DNA of 64,000 bases from Vitrella brassicaformis CCMP3155 (Eukaryota > Protista > Chromerida), in contig CDMY01000243.1 of NCBI GenBank assembly GCA_001179505.1, positions 248,001-312,000 of the forward strand, in the 5' to 3' direction. Under the pieces are notes generated by a model. That model saw only the letters and a program-made list of their open reading frames with translations, was not told the origin of the DNA and searched no databases. This document shows, piece after piece, positions 12,501-26,600 of the stretch. The first letter of the stretch is position 1. The number at the start of each line of letters is the position of its first letter. A program made the translations under genes and the position numbers.

Positions 12501-15436
12501 TCGGTGATCTAATTGATGGACACATAACACACACACACATACACAGAGGAATGGTTTTGTTTTGTTCCGTGCACGCACGCTGTACTGACTTGGAAGTCTG
12601 CAGGCGGCAGGCACTTGAGCACCGCCTCAGAGAAATCTCTGACACAGAGAGAGAGAGAGAGAGCCATGCAGAAGGAGACAAGAGGCGCCTTCCTCTCCCC
12701 GTCCCAACTCCGCCTCACCTGGTGATGACGCCATGCTCCTTGAGGATGACCGCACTGCACACCACACCGATCGACACAGCAACAGAACACTCATACATAC
12801 ACAGACTGACCGACCCACCTCTCCGTTGCCTTGTCTCCAGTGTCGCCTAGAATCGACACCCAGTGGCCCTGAGTGGGGGAGTGGAAGGGAGACACACATC
12901 ATCATGAGCACGCGGCTTCGGCTGTCTGCCTGCCCCATCGACCCGACCGACCGACCCGTGGGTATCTTGAGAATCGGTCCCATGAGTCGATGGCAACCAC
13001 TATACGCTTGTTGTCCAGCTGGTGGGAGTGCCGCGTCTGACAAGTGCGTGTGTGTATGTCTGTGCTGTTTGGGTGCGTCCCTCCCTCCCCCTCTCCCATT
13101 TCTTACTTTGATGATGATGTAGGGTATCCTTGGGTCAGCGGGGATGAAGTACCGCTCTGTGGTCACCATGGCGGACGAACCCACCTCTGCACGGCGCGCA
13201 TCCACACACATACACATACACAGACGAGCTCAGATGGAGTTGTTGTCGTGAATGCATTGGCAGGCAGGCAGCCAGCTGACTCACTCACTCCTGAAGTCGT
13301 CCAGAGGTCTGAGGGACCCGCAGTACTCCCGCCAACCCCTCTTGATGACCCCTACTACCTGCAGACGGACCAAACAAACAAGGCATATGTGTGTGTGGCT
13401 TTGTGGCTTCAGACAGGCTGCTTCCGCCCGCCCTCCCTCCCTCCCTCACTGACCCGTCCCGTTTTGCGTTCGGCCCCCAGTGCGGCTGCCTGCCCACCAG
13501 CTGCGGGCTCCACCTCCATCCGGTCAGCCTCGGCCGCCTCGTCCTCCTGCGTGTCATCCAGGAACTTGTCGTCCTGCAGGGCCCAGCACACACAAACACA
13601 CTTATGGATCGGAGAGGGGAGGGGAGGGGCAGTGCGGTGGGCGGTGCAGACAGACAGACAGACAGACGGACTGACCTCTCCTGTGTCGTCGGCAGCGATG
13701 AGCTGGACGGCCACCACATCCCCATCCACAGCACGGTTCAGATCCTGGCGGCCATGAATCCTCACGTCGCCCTCAACCCCTGCGCACAATAAGGAAGGGA
13801 TATATGTGCCTTGCCTTGTCCCTGCCTATTTGCAACTGACCTTTGCAGGCCACATAGCCCTCGAAGCACGTCGTCCGGTTCATGCGCAGCACCCCCTGAA
13901 TGAATGAATGAAGGCCACACCCACCGGCGTGTGTGTGTGCATACGGGGATCCTCTATCCTGTACCACGGCACCTGGTAGAGTTCCTTGAGCCTGATCTTG
14001 TCCCTGATCTGCGACTCCTTCATGTGGGGGGGGAAGAACCCCTTGGACGGTTCCTTGGGGGTCTCCAGGCGAGAGGGCGCCACGCCGGCCTCGTCGAGCT
14101 CGTCCTCATCGCGCAGCTCGTCTTCCGCATCCTCGCGCGACTGCACAGCACACAGCCGACCGACATGCACATACATGTGAATGGTCTCTCTGCGTGGTGT
14201 AGTGTACGAGTTGTGCGAGCTTCTCCCCCGCGTTGGGGAACTTGTGTTTGAGCATGTCGACGTACTCGTAGATGGTCATGGTCGCCAGGCCCTCCGCCGC
14301 AGCCCTCGCCTTGTTGCGGGCGTCGTTGGTCAGCAGCAGCACACGCTTCGATGCCGTCGATGCATCATGGCCCAGCAGCTCCTGCACAGAGGCCGGGTGC
14401 CGGGCATACCTACACACACACATGCACACACAAATGCACACATGCACAGACAGAGCGGTGCAATATATGCATGTAATGAGTGTCTGTCTGGCATCTCACC
14501 AGTGGGCAGCCACACGGATGGCCCGGTCGTTGCGGTCGTTGACCGTCTCATCTGACATATATGACGACACACAATGAGAGAGAGCATGGTGCTCTGCTGC
14601 CACACCGCGTACGTACCTGCTTTTCTCGACACATTGGTTGCCGAGAAGAACTCATTGCAGAAGACATAGAACCGCCGGCTGTCGTCTTTGGTGTCGACCT
14701 GCATGGCGTCGGCGTCATGACCTCTGTCCCTCTTGCGGTCCTTTATCTTCTGCACCGACTCTCGATACCGATCCTGACAGACAGACAGACAGACAGACAG
14801 TCAAGCCACCCAATCAGCCCATATATAATGAGCCTGTTAGCTACCGCCATATATCTGCGTGTGTGGATCCATTCATTGCATACGTACCTGCTGGTCAGCC
14901 TTGCAGAGTGACCGAAGCCGCGCATACGTCTGCAAGTTCCGATGACGGACCTGGCGAAACACACACACAGCAGAGGTCAACCAACAGGTGTCTGTCACGC
15001 CTGCCGTGGCAGGCATGTTCGTTCTATGAGTCGATGGTTTTCTTCTGCTGCTTGCTTGCCTCGTTGAGCACTGTCGAGAGGATGACGACGTTGTCTATGC
15101 ATGCATCTTCCATGAGGAAGTCGATTTGGTGCAGCACCACATTGGTGTCCAGCAACAGCAGACTCTCATCCTCACTGAATGTCAGGACGCCTGGTGCAAC
15201 AACCACACCGCCCATCCATCCATCCATCCATCTATCCATTGCATGACAAACATGCCCTCTGTGTGTGTGTCTGGCACCGCACCTGTGTTGTGCGTCGCGT
15301 CGCACACAGGGCAGCCGAACACGCCGCACCAGATGTCATCCCGGAGATAGATCTCCCTCACGATCTTCCGGATCTTGCCCCTCCGCGTTTTCCGCAGGAA
15401 TGTGTCAATCCGCTTGTCCTCTGTATCCACGTCCAT
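9512..15436 (-). CDS. DIS3: Exosome catalytic subunit DIS3/RRP44 (PIN + RNB + S1), multi-exon
   Basis: N-terminal [27 protein letters not shown]; [18 protein letters not shown] and [12 protein letters not shown]; [20 protein letters not shown]; [45 protein letters not shown]; S1 [10 protein letters not shown]. Confidence 0.97.
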
Positions 15437-15487
15437 GCTTGGCTTTTCTGCGAAGAGCTTGAAGTCCCCACGTGGCCCGAAACCCAC

Positions 15488-15498
15488 GCGAGCTTAGC
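15488..15498 (+). promoter_or_regulatory. Candidate promoter motif GCGAGCTWAGC (GCGAGCTTAGC)
   Basis: Lies between the DIS3 ATG and the divergent 88-aa ORF; the same motif occurs in four other divergent promoters. Confidence 0.6.
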
Positions 15499-15613
15499 GG
15501 AACGGCCCTTCCCTCTTTTCCTTCGAGCTTCGTCGCCATGCTGAGGAGCTCTCCACGCTAGCGACCGGAGAACCGCCTCGCCAGTTGTCGATTTTGGGCG
15601 TCGGCACTCATCG

Positions 15614-15880
15614 ATGGGCTACAAGGGCTACAAGTGGCTTGCCCCGATTCTTGGCCCAGCAGAGGGCTTCATCTCGCTGTTCGGCAAGTTCATTCTGTTC
15701 GCACCTGGCGCGCTGTTCATCATTGGTTACGCCTTGTCGTGGAAGATCTCGCCCGAGACGACCTGGATCCACGACATGAGGGCGCGGACGGAGAGGAACG
15801 TCGACAAGTACGCCCACCTCACAGACCAGTGGAAGGACCACAACGAGAAGGTCTACAGGTGGCGTCAAGTGGATGAGTGA
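15614..15880 (+). CDS. Intronless 88-aa single-TM small protein
   Basis: Clean ATG-TGA ORF with coding-like GC3; hydrophobic FISLFGKFILFAPGALFIIGYALSW followed by a charged tail; divergent from DIS3. Confidence 0.7.
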   Translation: MGYKGYKWLAPILGPAEGFISLFGKFILFAPGALFIIGYALSWKISPETTWIHDMRARTERNVDKYAHLTDQWKDHNEKVYRWRQVDE

Positions 15881-16402
15881 GTGACCGATGGATGGTGATG
15901 AGGATGATGGGACTTGCTACTTGTGACTTGGCGCAGCTGAGCCCACTGTTCAGAGCTTTTTCGTTCTTCTGGTGCGCTTGGTGGTTGACGCGATGGGTGC
16001 GTGGTTCTATCTGGATGTCATGTCATGCTTTGTGAGTGACTGACTGACTCACTCAGACGCTTTCATGTTTGTGTGTACAGCCGCATTGCAATCAACCCAT
16101 GCATGTGTCATTCATCTCACTCCCTGTGAGCACGATGCGAGAGTCGAACCGATTCACACGTCGAAACACAGCTCTCTTACTAAAAAAGGCATGCATGGCA
16201 CACGCGATGACACACACATCCCATGCTCGCGTGTCTGAAAGGATCGGTCGGGACCACGCGAGCATTCTCCACGTCTGTCTTCTCAGCCGATATGAGTGCA
16301 CCGGTGGTACAGACGTTGACACAAGCGGATTAACCACACGGATCCCCTCGAGTACCAATACAGCAATCAGACAGAGACCCACGTTGCTAGCCACAGCATA
16401 TA

Positions 16403-17527
16403 TCAGCTGCCGTTGAGCTGCGAGGATGGATCGAGCTTGTCCAAGATGTGAAGATTGTGGATCTTCTTGCGACCCCTGCACACACACATCCATGCCATGG
16501 ATGCCGATCCGATGCCAAATGACTGCCGCGTGCAGAGCAGAGAGACAAGCCAGCCTCTGTGTTCTCTGGTGCTGTGCTGACTGACTTGAGGAGGTTCTCA
16601 GGTCCGCCCCGCTTCCGCTTGCCCGTGGCCGCCTCCTCCCTGTTGAGTGAGTGATAAATCACGCGCACACGGTGTGGTGAGATACGAATTAACACAAATC
16701 ACACGCGTATGCATACGCCAGCAAAGAGGCCAGCGAGCATACCTCTGTGGCATGACAGCAGGTCCCAGCCGCACTCCCAGATCACGCGTCACGACATCCC
16801 ACGAGGCAGGCTTCGACTGCAAACACACACACACCCCAAGACAGCAATCCGTGCGACTGACTCATCCGTGCGACTGACTCAATGTGCGTGGCCGTGCGTC
16901 TGTCTGATGCTGACTGACCTCCTTCCACAAGGTTTTGATGTCGTCGTCGACCTTGCTGCTCTCCACCACCTCCTCCGCCCGGGGAAAGAGGCGGATGCCG
17001 TTGAGCTTCATGCAGTTGGGGCACCTGTTGCCGTAGAGGGGACACCCGCCGCCCGCCCCCGACCTGCCTTGGCCTGGATTCTCCTTGCACTTGAGTTTGG
17101 TCTGCTCGTTGGACTTGCGGATGGCGCGTACCTTCCTCTCCCGCAGGAACTGGTTGATCCACTGCTCCACCTCTGGCCGCACCTCGGTGAGGTCATCGCT
17201 GACGGCGATGCCGTTGTCGCTCTGGTTAATGAGGTTCAGGAGGTCCTCCTGCGTCTTGACGTGAGGGTAAGGGCTCGTGTAGCTGTAGAGCCGCGTGCCG
17301 GCATCATATTTGATCTTGGGGTTGGTCGTCATCTGCTGCAGCAGCGCCGTGTGGGTGCTGATCTTCTCGCCGATGCGCTGCTCGAGGTCTGAGAGCTTCA
17401 GTGGCCGCTTCTCCCTCTTGAGCTCCTCGATGATCTTCATCAAGAGGAAGCCAATGGCCTTCTGCGACGAACGGTCAGCCGCTGGCGACGGAGAGGGAGA
17501 GCTTCGAGCATCCCTCTTGCTCGACAT
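16403..17527 (-). CDS. GTF2E2: General transcription factor IIE subunit beta
   Basis: Winged-helix region (TTNPKIKYDAGTRLYSYTSPYPHVKTQEDLLNLI..GIAVSDDL), KVDDDIKTLWKEV and C-terminal KKIHNLHIL match the TFIIE-beta pattern; 3 introns inferred. Confidence 0.85.
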
Positions 17528-17579
17528 GATGGTTGCCACGCAAAGTCTCTTCGTTTCGTTTTTTCTCGTTTTGTCGTGT

Positions 17580-17594
17580 GCGAGCTTAGCTCGC
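17580..17594 (+). promoter_or_regulatory. Overlapping double copy of the motif, GCGAGCTTAGCTCGC
   Basis: In the 125-bp interval between the TFIIE-beta and sushi gene ATGs; forms a GCGAGC-TTA-GCTCGC inverted repeat. Confidence 0.6.
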
Positions 17595-17652
17595 CAAACG
17601 GGAAAACTCCACGGGGCTCGAAAGGGGGAAGACACACGCTGCTAACACCGCC

Positions 17653-20600
17653 ATGGGCTTGTCGACGTTGCCGCCTGCTCGTCTCCACCTCTGTCTCATC
17701 CTCCTCTCAGCGTCTGCCCTCCCTCGGTCTCTGTCTCTCCCTGGCTCCACCAGGCTGAAGGGCGACAAGCAGACGGCAGATCATCTCGGCAGCGCCGCGG
17801 CATTCATCGGTGTTCATCCCTTCGGCAATCGATCACTGCAAAGGAGGGTGCAGGTGGCGATTGGCGCAGGAGGTCAGCCTGACAGGGAGGAGACAACCAG
17901 GGCGGCGAAGAAACACGAGTGTAAGGTGAAGCTTCACCACACACACACACGCACGCGATGAGTGCATGGCATGCAATGGATGCATCCTGCGTGGTGGCTC
18001 TGGCTTTTCTCAGCACGTAAGAGGCACGTCCACCACAGCTTATTGCTGCCCCTTTCGCCGTCCTTTGTCACCGGCAAGCTTAGTGCGGGCAACAACAGCT
18101 GCCAGAGGGCAATGGAGCAGGGCGTGTCTCTGTTTGCCAAACCGCAATACGTTCTTGTCAACGAGATGACACAGCGAGTCCGACGGTGGAAGGACGCCAA
18201 CGCTCTCAAAGACTTCTCCGCCGCCTTTGTGCCGCTGGAAGAACCAGGGCTGTCAACGAGCCCTCACTTCTCCATTGGGTTGGCACGATGACAGAGACAG
18301 ATCAAAGCAATCGTTGTTTCACTCTCTCCCTCTCTCTCTGTGTTTGTGTGTCCAGGTTTGGTGTTCGTTTCTCTGGCGGAGGTGAGGGCAGGGGAGGCAC
18401 CTTCCTGCAGTCTGGTCTGTCTTGCCTCCCCCTCATGCCCGACAGGCAGCCTGCTACAGCCCCTCCTTCACCCCAGGGTGTGTCTCTCTTCCTTCTCTTT
18501 GACATCACTGATGAGAGCGCTGACAGGCGAAACGTCATATTTGACTCCGGTGGCCTGGCCTCCTCTGAATCGGTCCAGCGATGATCAATCATTTCCGCGT
18601 CGATGGCTGTTTGTCCGTCAGGTGCTGGATTTCAGGTCGTGACTGAGCCCGACAGTGCCAGCTCCAGTGCTCAAGGCAGCAGCGGACGCACTGTTCTCTT
18701 CGGTGTACGATGCGTGAGGGCACCTGGACCGAACCAGACGGAGACGGACGTGCTGGATGCTGATGCGTGGCAGTCTGTGACGGTGCGGACGTCCTATGGA
18801 AGGCCCACGCTTTACTCGATCCTCTTGGAGCCATCCAAGGTTCAGGGCAAAATGACGGTACGGTGTGCGCGGAAGGAGTGAGCGAGATTGCAGCAGTGTG
18901 GCGTCTGTGGGCTGTTTGTGTCTGTCGTCAGGTGCACATATGTCGTGAGACCCCCTCTGGCAAGTATGAGAGCTGGCCATGTCTGACGCCAAACCCGGAC
19001 ACCACCCCTCCCCCGATGGGCAACCTGATAGCTCCTCCCCCCTCCCTGCGACAACCCGCCCGCATGACCGTCGGCTGCAACACTAACGGCACCGAGTGCT
19101 TCCAAGGGGTGCTGGAGACGTTCCTGCTCCGCTACAAATGGATCAACCCACGCTCACAGGCCTTCTCTCTCCCCTCCTCACGGCCGCTCTCGGAGGCCTT
19201 CGTCGAAGGTATCAGCTTCATCCAGCAGCAGCAAGACCCCCCACAGAAGAGTGATTTGACGAGGGTTGGGCAGGACCTTAACAGTGTGCTGGGCCGCAAG
19301 ACGGTCTGCGGCAATGGGATAGTGGAGCAAGGCGAAGAGTGCGACGCGGCCGAGGCCTGCGGGGCGCAGGCGGGGTGTTCGTGCGCCTGTGAGAAGCTCT
19401 GTGAGACATGGGGCAGCTACCAGGACAAACAGGGCTTCACCAGCCGACACCTGCTGACGCTGCACGACGAGGGCACCACGGGCAGCTTCCAGGGCGACTA
19501 CCGCATGATCGGCTGCGGAGAGGGCTTCAGCTGCGCAGACAGGACCAAGCCGAAGGAGAAGATCGTGTGTGGTCAGGGCGGCAAGTGGGCGGACGCCACA
19601 CTCGACTGCCGACAGGACTGCGTCGTGCCTTTCGACAAGTCGCCCCGCTACGAGCCATCCCTCGCCGTGTTGACCAACCCACCCAATGACACCAAGCACG
19701 GCACCGTCTTGGATGTTGGCTGCAAGGGCGGCACAGACCTCGAGGAGAGCCTCCCGGCCTCCTTGGCTCGCGACAAGACCAAGTGCCTGGACGGCGAGTG
19801 GACCCCTGTCGGCCTTCGGTGTCATGCTATGTGCCCCGAGTACCCTGACCTCGGTGTATCGGTGTATAAGGTGACCCCGGCCCGAGGGTCTGGATCGCTC
19901 AAGTATGGTGCGACGCGGACCATCGAGTGCGAGCCGCCCTACGTGCCGATGGCTGGGCCGATGCGGGATGTGGTTTACTGTCTCAATGGCAACTGGACCA
20001 GGCGCACCATCCACTGTGCGAAGGGTTGCGACACCTGGATCCCTGTGTCACATACCGTCATCGTGCGGACTTCGGCCACCACAGAGTCGGCCGTGGATGG
20101 ATCCAAGAAGCACCAGCTCAACCAGGTATTCATTATCCACACACAATTATGTCTCTCAGTCAGACGGAAAAGACTGTTTCTCCGTCCTTTCCTCTCTCTG
20201 CTGGGTGGATTGGATGCAGGTGACAGGACCTCACCACTGGATTGACGTGGGCTGCGACCCGCAGACGTCCTCCCCCTCCTGCCGCAAAGCCGCCAGACCC
20301 GGCTGTGTGGAGGACCCTCAGCGCATCTTCTGTATTGAGGAGAAGTGGACGCCGCCGCTCCGCCTGCAGTGCATCGAGAACTGCCCCGGGTACGACGAGT
20401 TCCCCCTCAACAAAGACCCAACGGTGGCCCAGCGGTATGAAATAGCCTTTGGCGGCAACAGACACGGCGACGTGACGGTGGTGAGGTGTCGGGAGGGGTA
20501 TGACAGCGTCATAGGGGGGATGGGGATGGGGCTGGAGGAGGACCGTGTGCGGTGCTGGTACTCCCACTACGAGCACGTCACCATCCAGTGCCTCCGTAAG

Positions 20601-23600
20601 AGACACAGACAGACACGGCAGGCGGCAGAGGGCGCCTCTGAGAGAGGAATTGCCTGTCGTTCAGAGAGGTGTGGGCCATATACGCGTCTGCCTGACGGCT
20701 TCATCGTCCGCGGTGACGGGACGAGACACGGTGACACCCGCACCCTCCAGTGTGACGCAGACAAGGGGTTTTTGCCACTCATCGACACATCACAACATGA
20801 GGGGCAGGGAGGGACGGAGATCCACAACACCGAGACCGTGACATGCATCGACGGCTACTGGTCGCCACGTACTCTGCAATGCAGACGTAGGCCACACAGA
20901 CATGGATGATCGAGGCAGGCTTCTTGTCTGTGTGCGTGTCTACATGTGTCGCTCGTTCACTCGTTTGCCCTCAGACAGTTGTTCGAACAAGTTTCCCTCT
21001 CAGCTGTGCCTCCAGCCTGCCGGGAGCCTCAAGTGCGAGGGGCTATACGTCATCGCACTCAATCACACCAACACTGGCAGACCGCCCACCGAAATGCCAC
21101 AGACATTCCACCCGGGATCAACGATACTCTTCAGGTACTGATGCCTGACACAAAAGGATGGCTGTCGGTAACCGTGTGTGCGTGTGTGCAGCTGCGACCG
21201 CTCGCGCGCCTTCTCTCCCGACGGTGAGGACCCCCTCACCCCTGACAGCGAGCGGATTGAGCCCCATGTGCTTCGATGTCTCGGCGACGCAGACCCCCAA
21301 AACGCATGGACGGCATTCCACCTCACCTGCAGGCGTAAGCACGGGCCAGGCAGGGGAAGCCGCATCCGCCTTAATTGCTGTGTGCCTCCCCTTCTACGCG
21401 TCGATGGGTGCAGGGGCCTGCCCTACGTCAGCTTTCATCCGGCTAGGTGCCCGTTTTCAGCAGCGTTGGGCAGCCGAGTGGGTCGACACACGATACGAAG
21501 GCAAGTCGTGGCGGTACTCGCAGCTGGTGGAAGCACAGGCCAACCACGAGCTGCCGCCCTACCTGGCACACAACAGCCGCGTCTCCATCACATGCGCCGA
21601 GGGGTACACCAGCCGGGACGCCGCGCAGCGGGTGGGGGAGGGGGTCGAGGGGAGTGAGGAGATCACGTGCTACGACGGACGCCTTGAACCCACGCCCACA
21701 CTCGATTGCGCACGTACTAACAAATTGCATGACAGGCTGGAGACGGATCATTCATTCATTGTCCCTTTCTGCGTTTCAGGCGCGTGTGGGCCATTTCGCC
21801 CTCTGGGGTCGGCCTATGCGGTCGAGTCCTTTCCATACGCTGGCGCGAACTTCCATGGGGCGCGTCGGCACATCAAGTGTTCCCCTGGAGCTGACGCGCT
21901 GACCGAGGCGACGGAAGCAGTCAGCGAGTGCCAAGACGGCACGTGGGACGACTTCACCCTACTCTGTGAACGTACTTATTACGAATGAACACAGCACAGC
22001 ACAGCACAGCATACTCGAGAGGCGATTTCCCATTCCTCTCTGTGCGTGTGTGGTTGCCTGGTGTGTCTGTGTGTCAATATGTCTGTCTGTCAGGTAGCTG
22101 TCCTCCCCTGGCTGACCTGGATGGCAATCGCTACGTCCTGACGCAGACCATCAAGGGCAAGCGCGACGCGGCCAAGGGTGCGGGCGCCACCTATGAGATC
22201 AGGTGTCAGGGCGACCTGTACCCAAGCACCGGGGAGAGCCCCTACATCGTCAAGTGCGAAGAAGGTGACTTTACGCCCATCCTCATGACTTGCGGACGTA
22301 AGCCACTCACTCCCCTCACCCACCCAACGATGCGCACGACAGACAGTAAGTATCACTGACCCCCTCCTTCCCTCTCGTGCACGTCACGCAGGAAACTGCC
22401 AGGGTCCGCCTTTCTACTCGTCTCGGTATCGTTGGCGTTGGGTGTCGCCTCCCTCGGGGCCCACACCCGCCTGGCACCACATGGCCAGAGTCAACCTCAC
22501 ATGCGCACCGGGGCAGTCGGCCGTCAGGAGCGAGCACGGCTATGAAATACTGGCCTGCATCGACGGACAGTACACCAAACGGACACTCGTGTGCAGGCGT
22601 ATGTGAGACAAGCAAGGGATGACAGACAGGACGGCAGGGCAGGGCAGGGCAGGACAGGACAGACACACACACACACACATGGTCCTGGGTGTGTCTGTCC
22701 TGGGTGTGTGTTGTGCAGGGGACTGTCCGGCGGAGTACCCTTTGAGGCCAGGCTATACAGTGGCAGCAGGGTCGGCGTCTGTGGCCTACCCTGCGCCCGG
22801 TCCCGTCCCCCACGACACCGTCCGTCGCATCGAGTGCGACACAGACAATCACTTCCGGGCTGTCGAAGGCGCGACGGAGGAGGGCGGGGCAGCCGAGGTT
22901 AAGTGCATCGACGGAGAATGGACATTCATGCCTCTTGTCTGCAGACGTAAGCAGGCGTGGTGGTGAGAGAGGGCACACATGCACCGCACCCACACATCCA
23001 TCCATCAGATGCACACATTTCTGTCTGTCTGTATGATTGACATGCTTGCATGTCCAGAGGACTGTCCGTTCCTGCAGCTGGCCGAGACACCGTCGGACGG
23101 CCACCGTGAGGGCTTCTGCTACATCCCCTTCCAGTACGAACTGCTCGACCCCAAGGCCGTCATGCCCTTCGCATACATGCCCTCAATCGACGGCACCATC
23201 GACACAGACACACTTGCAGCCGCCACACAAAACAACACTAATACCAATAGCAATGGGACAGTCATCCCCCCAACCACCAATGTGTCGCTGCTGGCACAGA
23301 GGGAAGACCCAGACCCACCGACTAATGCCAATGCCACCACACCCACGCCCGCACCCAACGGCACTGTCGACGACATCCTGCAGGCCCTCCTCGGGCCGGA
23401 CTTTAATGCCACAACACTCGACAGCAATGCCACAGCAGGAGGACTGGAGCTGTCACAGCCGCGATCCATCTACGACTTGGACCCCTTCTACGCCATACGG
23501 CTCGTCATTTGAACCGGCCATGGCCACCCCACGGGCTGGAGGTGCGGCTGCGGTGCAGGAAGGGCTGGACACAGGCTGGCGAGGGGGAGAGTGAGGCAAC

Positions 23601-26600
23601 CATGACATGCATCAACGGCACCTGGTCCAACATCAACCTCGTATGTGCACGTCAGTGCGTGAGACACGACAGACAGCCCGGGCCACACACACAGACAGAC
23701 AGACACTTAGGGGGAAGGAAGGAAGACGTGTACCCATCTGTCTGTGCGTGTTCTGGTGTTCTGGTGTTAATTGTGGTGTAGCTGACGGGCTGTGCTGACA
23801 GGCGAGTGCACCAAGTCCCATCTGATCGAGTCCCTGCCCGACCACCTCTGGGCGCAGGTGGCCCTACCATCCCCCTCTCCCCCACCCGACAACAGAGACG
23901 CAGAGGGCCTGGGCGAATGGCAAAAGACCATGCCGGACCACCTGCCGTACCACACAGCCGTCCGAATCGCATGCGAGAAGGGCACCTCGACAGTGCACCA
24001 GTGCACCCTCGACAACGCCCTGAGTGACTCCCCAGGTGCGCAGGGCAGGGGAGGGGTTCCTGCTGGGGCGGTCGGTGTTGGTCAGCCAGCGGACTGGGAA
24101 GAGGTCAAGTGCAACAATGGCACCTTCTCTGCACGCACCCTACACTGCCAAAGTACGTATGTACCCACCGATAGATAGATAGGCCGAGAGACCGACGCGG
24201 GCCAAGCCACCCACCCACACACCCCTGTCTCTTCTCTGCCTGTGTCTGTCAGAGTCGTGTGACTTGAACTGGCTGAAGGATTGGGAGCAGCGGATGAATG
24301 GGTACTACGTGATAGCCAAGGTGGACCCGCCGGCGCAGCAGAACGTCTTGCCGCCCGGCGGCTGCGTGTCGATCATATGCGGCCGCGCCAAGCGAGCCCC
24401 GGGGCGGGAGGGGGAGAGCGGGGCGCCCGGCAGACAGACACACGCCACCCACGGCACCAAGAGCCCCTCCACTGTCACATGCGAAAATGGAAACTTCTCG
24501 GCTATCCCTGTCTTCTGCTTCCGTAAGCCTGCACAGCACAGCACGCCGGCCGGCCTGCGTGTCAGCCAACAAATGCATCGATGATGGAAAGATCCATCTT
24601 CATTGTGTGCGTGGCAGAGGAGTGTGGTGTGGTGCCTGTGGATGTGTTGAGCACGCTGGCGGTCCGGACGGACACCGACAAGGCCCCGGGCGAGACCACC
24701 CCGCCCGAGACCATTGTGCGGCTCAGGTGTCAGCCCGGATACTCATCAATCGGCGGACCACCCGGGGGGCAGGACGAGATCAAGTGCCTCGACGGCATTT
24801 GGTCCAAACCACTGCTCGACTGCAAAGGTACCTGAGTTGGGCCACACACGGATCTGGTAGTCTACTGCAGTGCCAAGATGTGTGTGGTCATGCAGCTGAC
24901 TGTTCGGCCTTTCCGACGATGAATCCTTCCGGTGCGTATGTGGTGATGGGGGAGGGCCTCACACACGGGTCGACGCGAACCGTCGAATGCGCCCCGCACC
25001 ACCATCCGGCAGTGGACGGCACGCCGGCCGCGGGAGCATCGCAGTGCGTCGACGGCTCCTGGACCAAAGTGGACATCCTCTGCTTCCGTATGTGTGCCAT
25101 CCATCCGCCATAGATGGAGAGGCTTCTTTGTGTGGACGGTTGGGTACTGCCTGTGTGTTGTGTGCCCTGCCCACCAGGTGACTGTCCGCCATTTGAGCAG
25201 GGTGTGCCTCTCGACCCTGTCCGCTACCACGTCTTCAACATGCAAAACGGTCCGCAGATCAGATGTGTGGTGCGCTGCGCACACGGGAGTTTGCGTGCGC
25301 CTCTACATATACTGCAGATTTCCGTCTGAGCGAGCGTCACGGTGCCAGGTACAAGGTGACTTGTCAAGAGGAGTCGATGTTCTTCCACGAGAGGACCCGG
25401 GGGGCCTCGCTCATGATGACATGTGTCGACGGCACCTGGACACGCCCCGCAGAGGAGCACACTGACGTCCTACCGCTCTCTTGCAAGAGTAATGTACCTA
25501 CCTACCTGGCCACGGACACACAAAGAGCCATACATATCGAAGCAGCCTAAATGCATGTCTCTCTGTGTGTCTGTTCTAAGCAGGGGCGTGCAGCGACTTC
25601 GGTGGGTCGACTAACATGACGGCGGAGTGGGGCTACGAGCTGCTGAAGCAAGAGGGCACCACAGACACGTCCATCCTGTTCTCCGGCACGCAGTTCCAGG
25701 TCAAGTGCCTCGACACCCACTCGGCCGATCTGGAGCGGATCCAGCCAGACCCCAAGCTGGGCATCACCGAGTGGCGGGGAGACCTTGAGGGCACTGCAGA
25801 GCCTGTCGACATCGTCACTTGCAACGACGGGCTGTTCACCGACAGGCAGCTCTACTGCCATGGTGGATGGAAGAACTTTGTCCGATCGCATCCCCCTGTA
25901 TACCTGTGTCTCTGTCTGTCTGTCGGAGTGCAGCTAAGTGTCCCGAGTACGCCCCTCCATCGCCACAAGAGGGGTACCGGGTGCGAGAGTGGAGCCCCCC
26001 AGGAGCAGAGTACAAGAAGCAGCTTCTGGTCAACCACGGCACCTCACGAGCCGTCTCATGCAACCCACTCATGTACGTAAGCATCTCATCTGTGCGGGTG
26101 GGGTGGAAAAGACAGGGACAAACAACCGATGGATGGATGGATGGCTGGATGTGCAGTCGGACATCTGGTGAGTGGAAGGGCCACCGCATGGGCTGGTATG
26201 CCATCCAGGACGGCTATGGTGTGCTGAATGACGGCGACAGCGGCGAGAAGTTCGCCGTCGTCGAGTGCCGGGACGGCAAGTGGACCGACCTTTACATCAA
26301 ATGCGAAAGTACGCGATAGAATGTCCGACGACGGAATGTCAGAATGTCTGTGTGGTCTGGTGTGTGTGTTCTGTGGGTGGGTGCAGAGGTGTGTTCGGAG
26401 CCCATCACGACTTTGCTAGAGGAAGCGTGCATCCTCCACCATCTGGAGACTGCGAGCCTAGACGCACTGGAGCCCTGCTACCAGGACGATAAAGGCATGC
26501 AAACACCAAGAATGGAGGGAGAGATCATTCATCTCCCTTGGATGGATGGTTGTTCCCTCTCTCTGCTGCACGCAGGCAATTTGCTGATCAACGACTTCAA

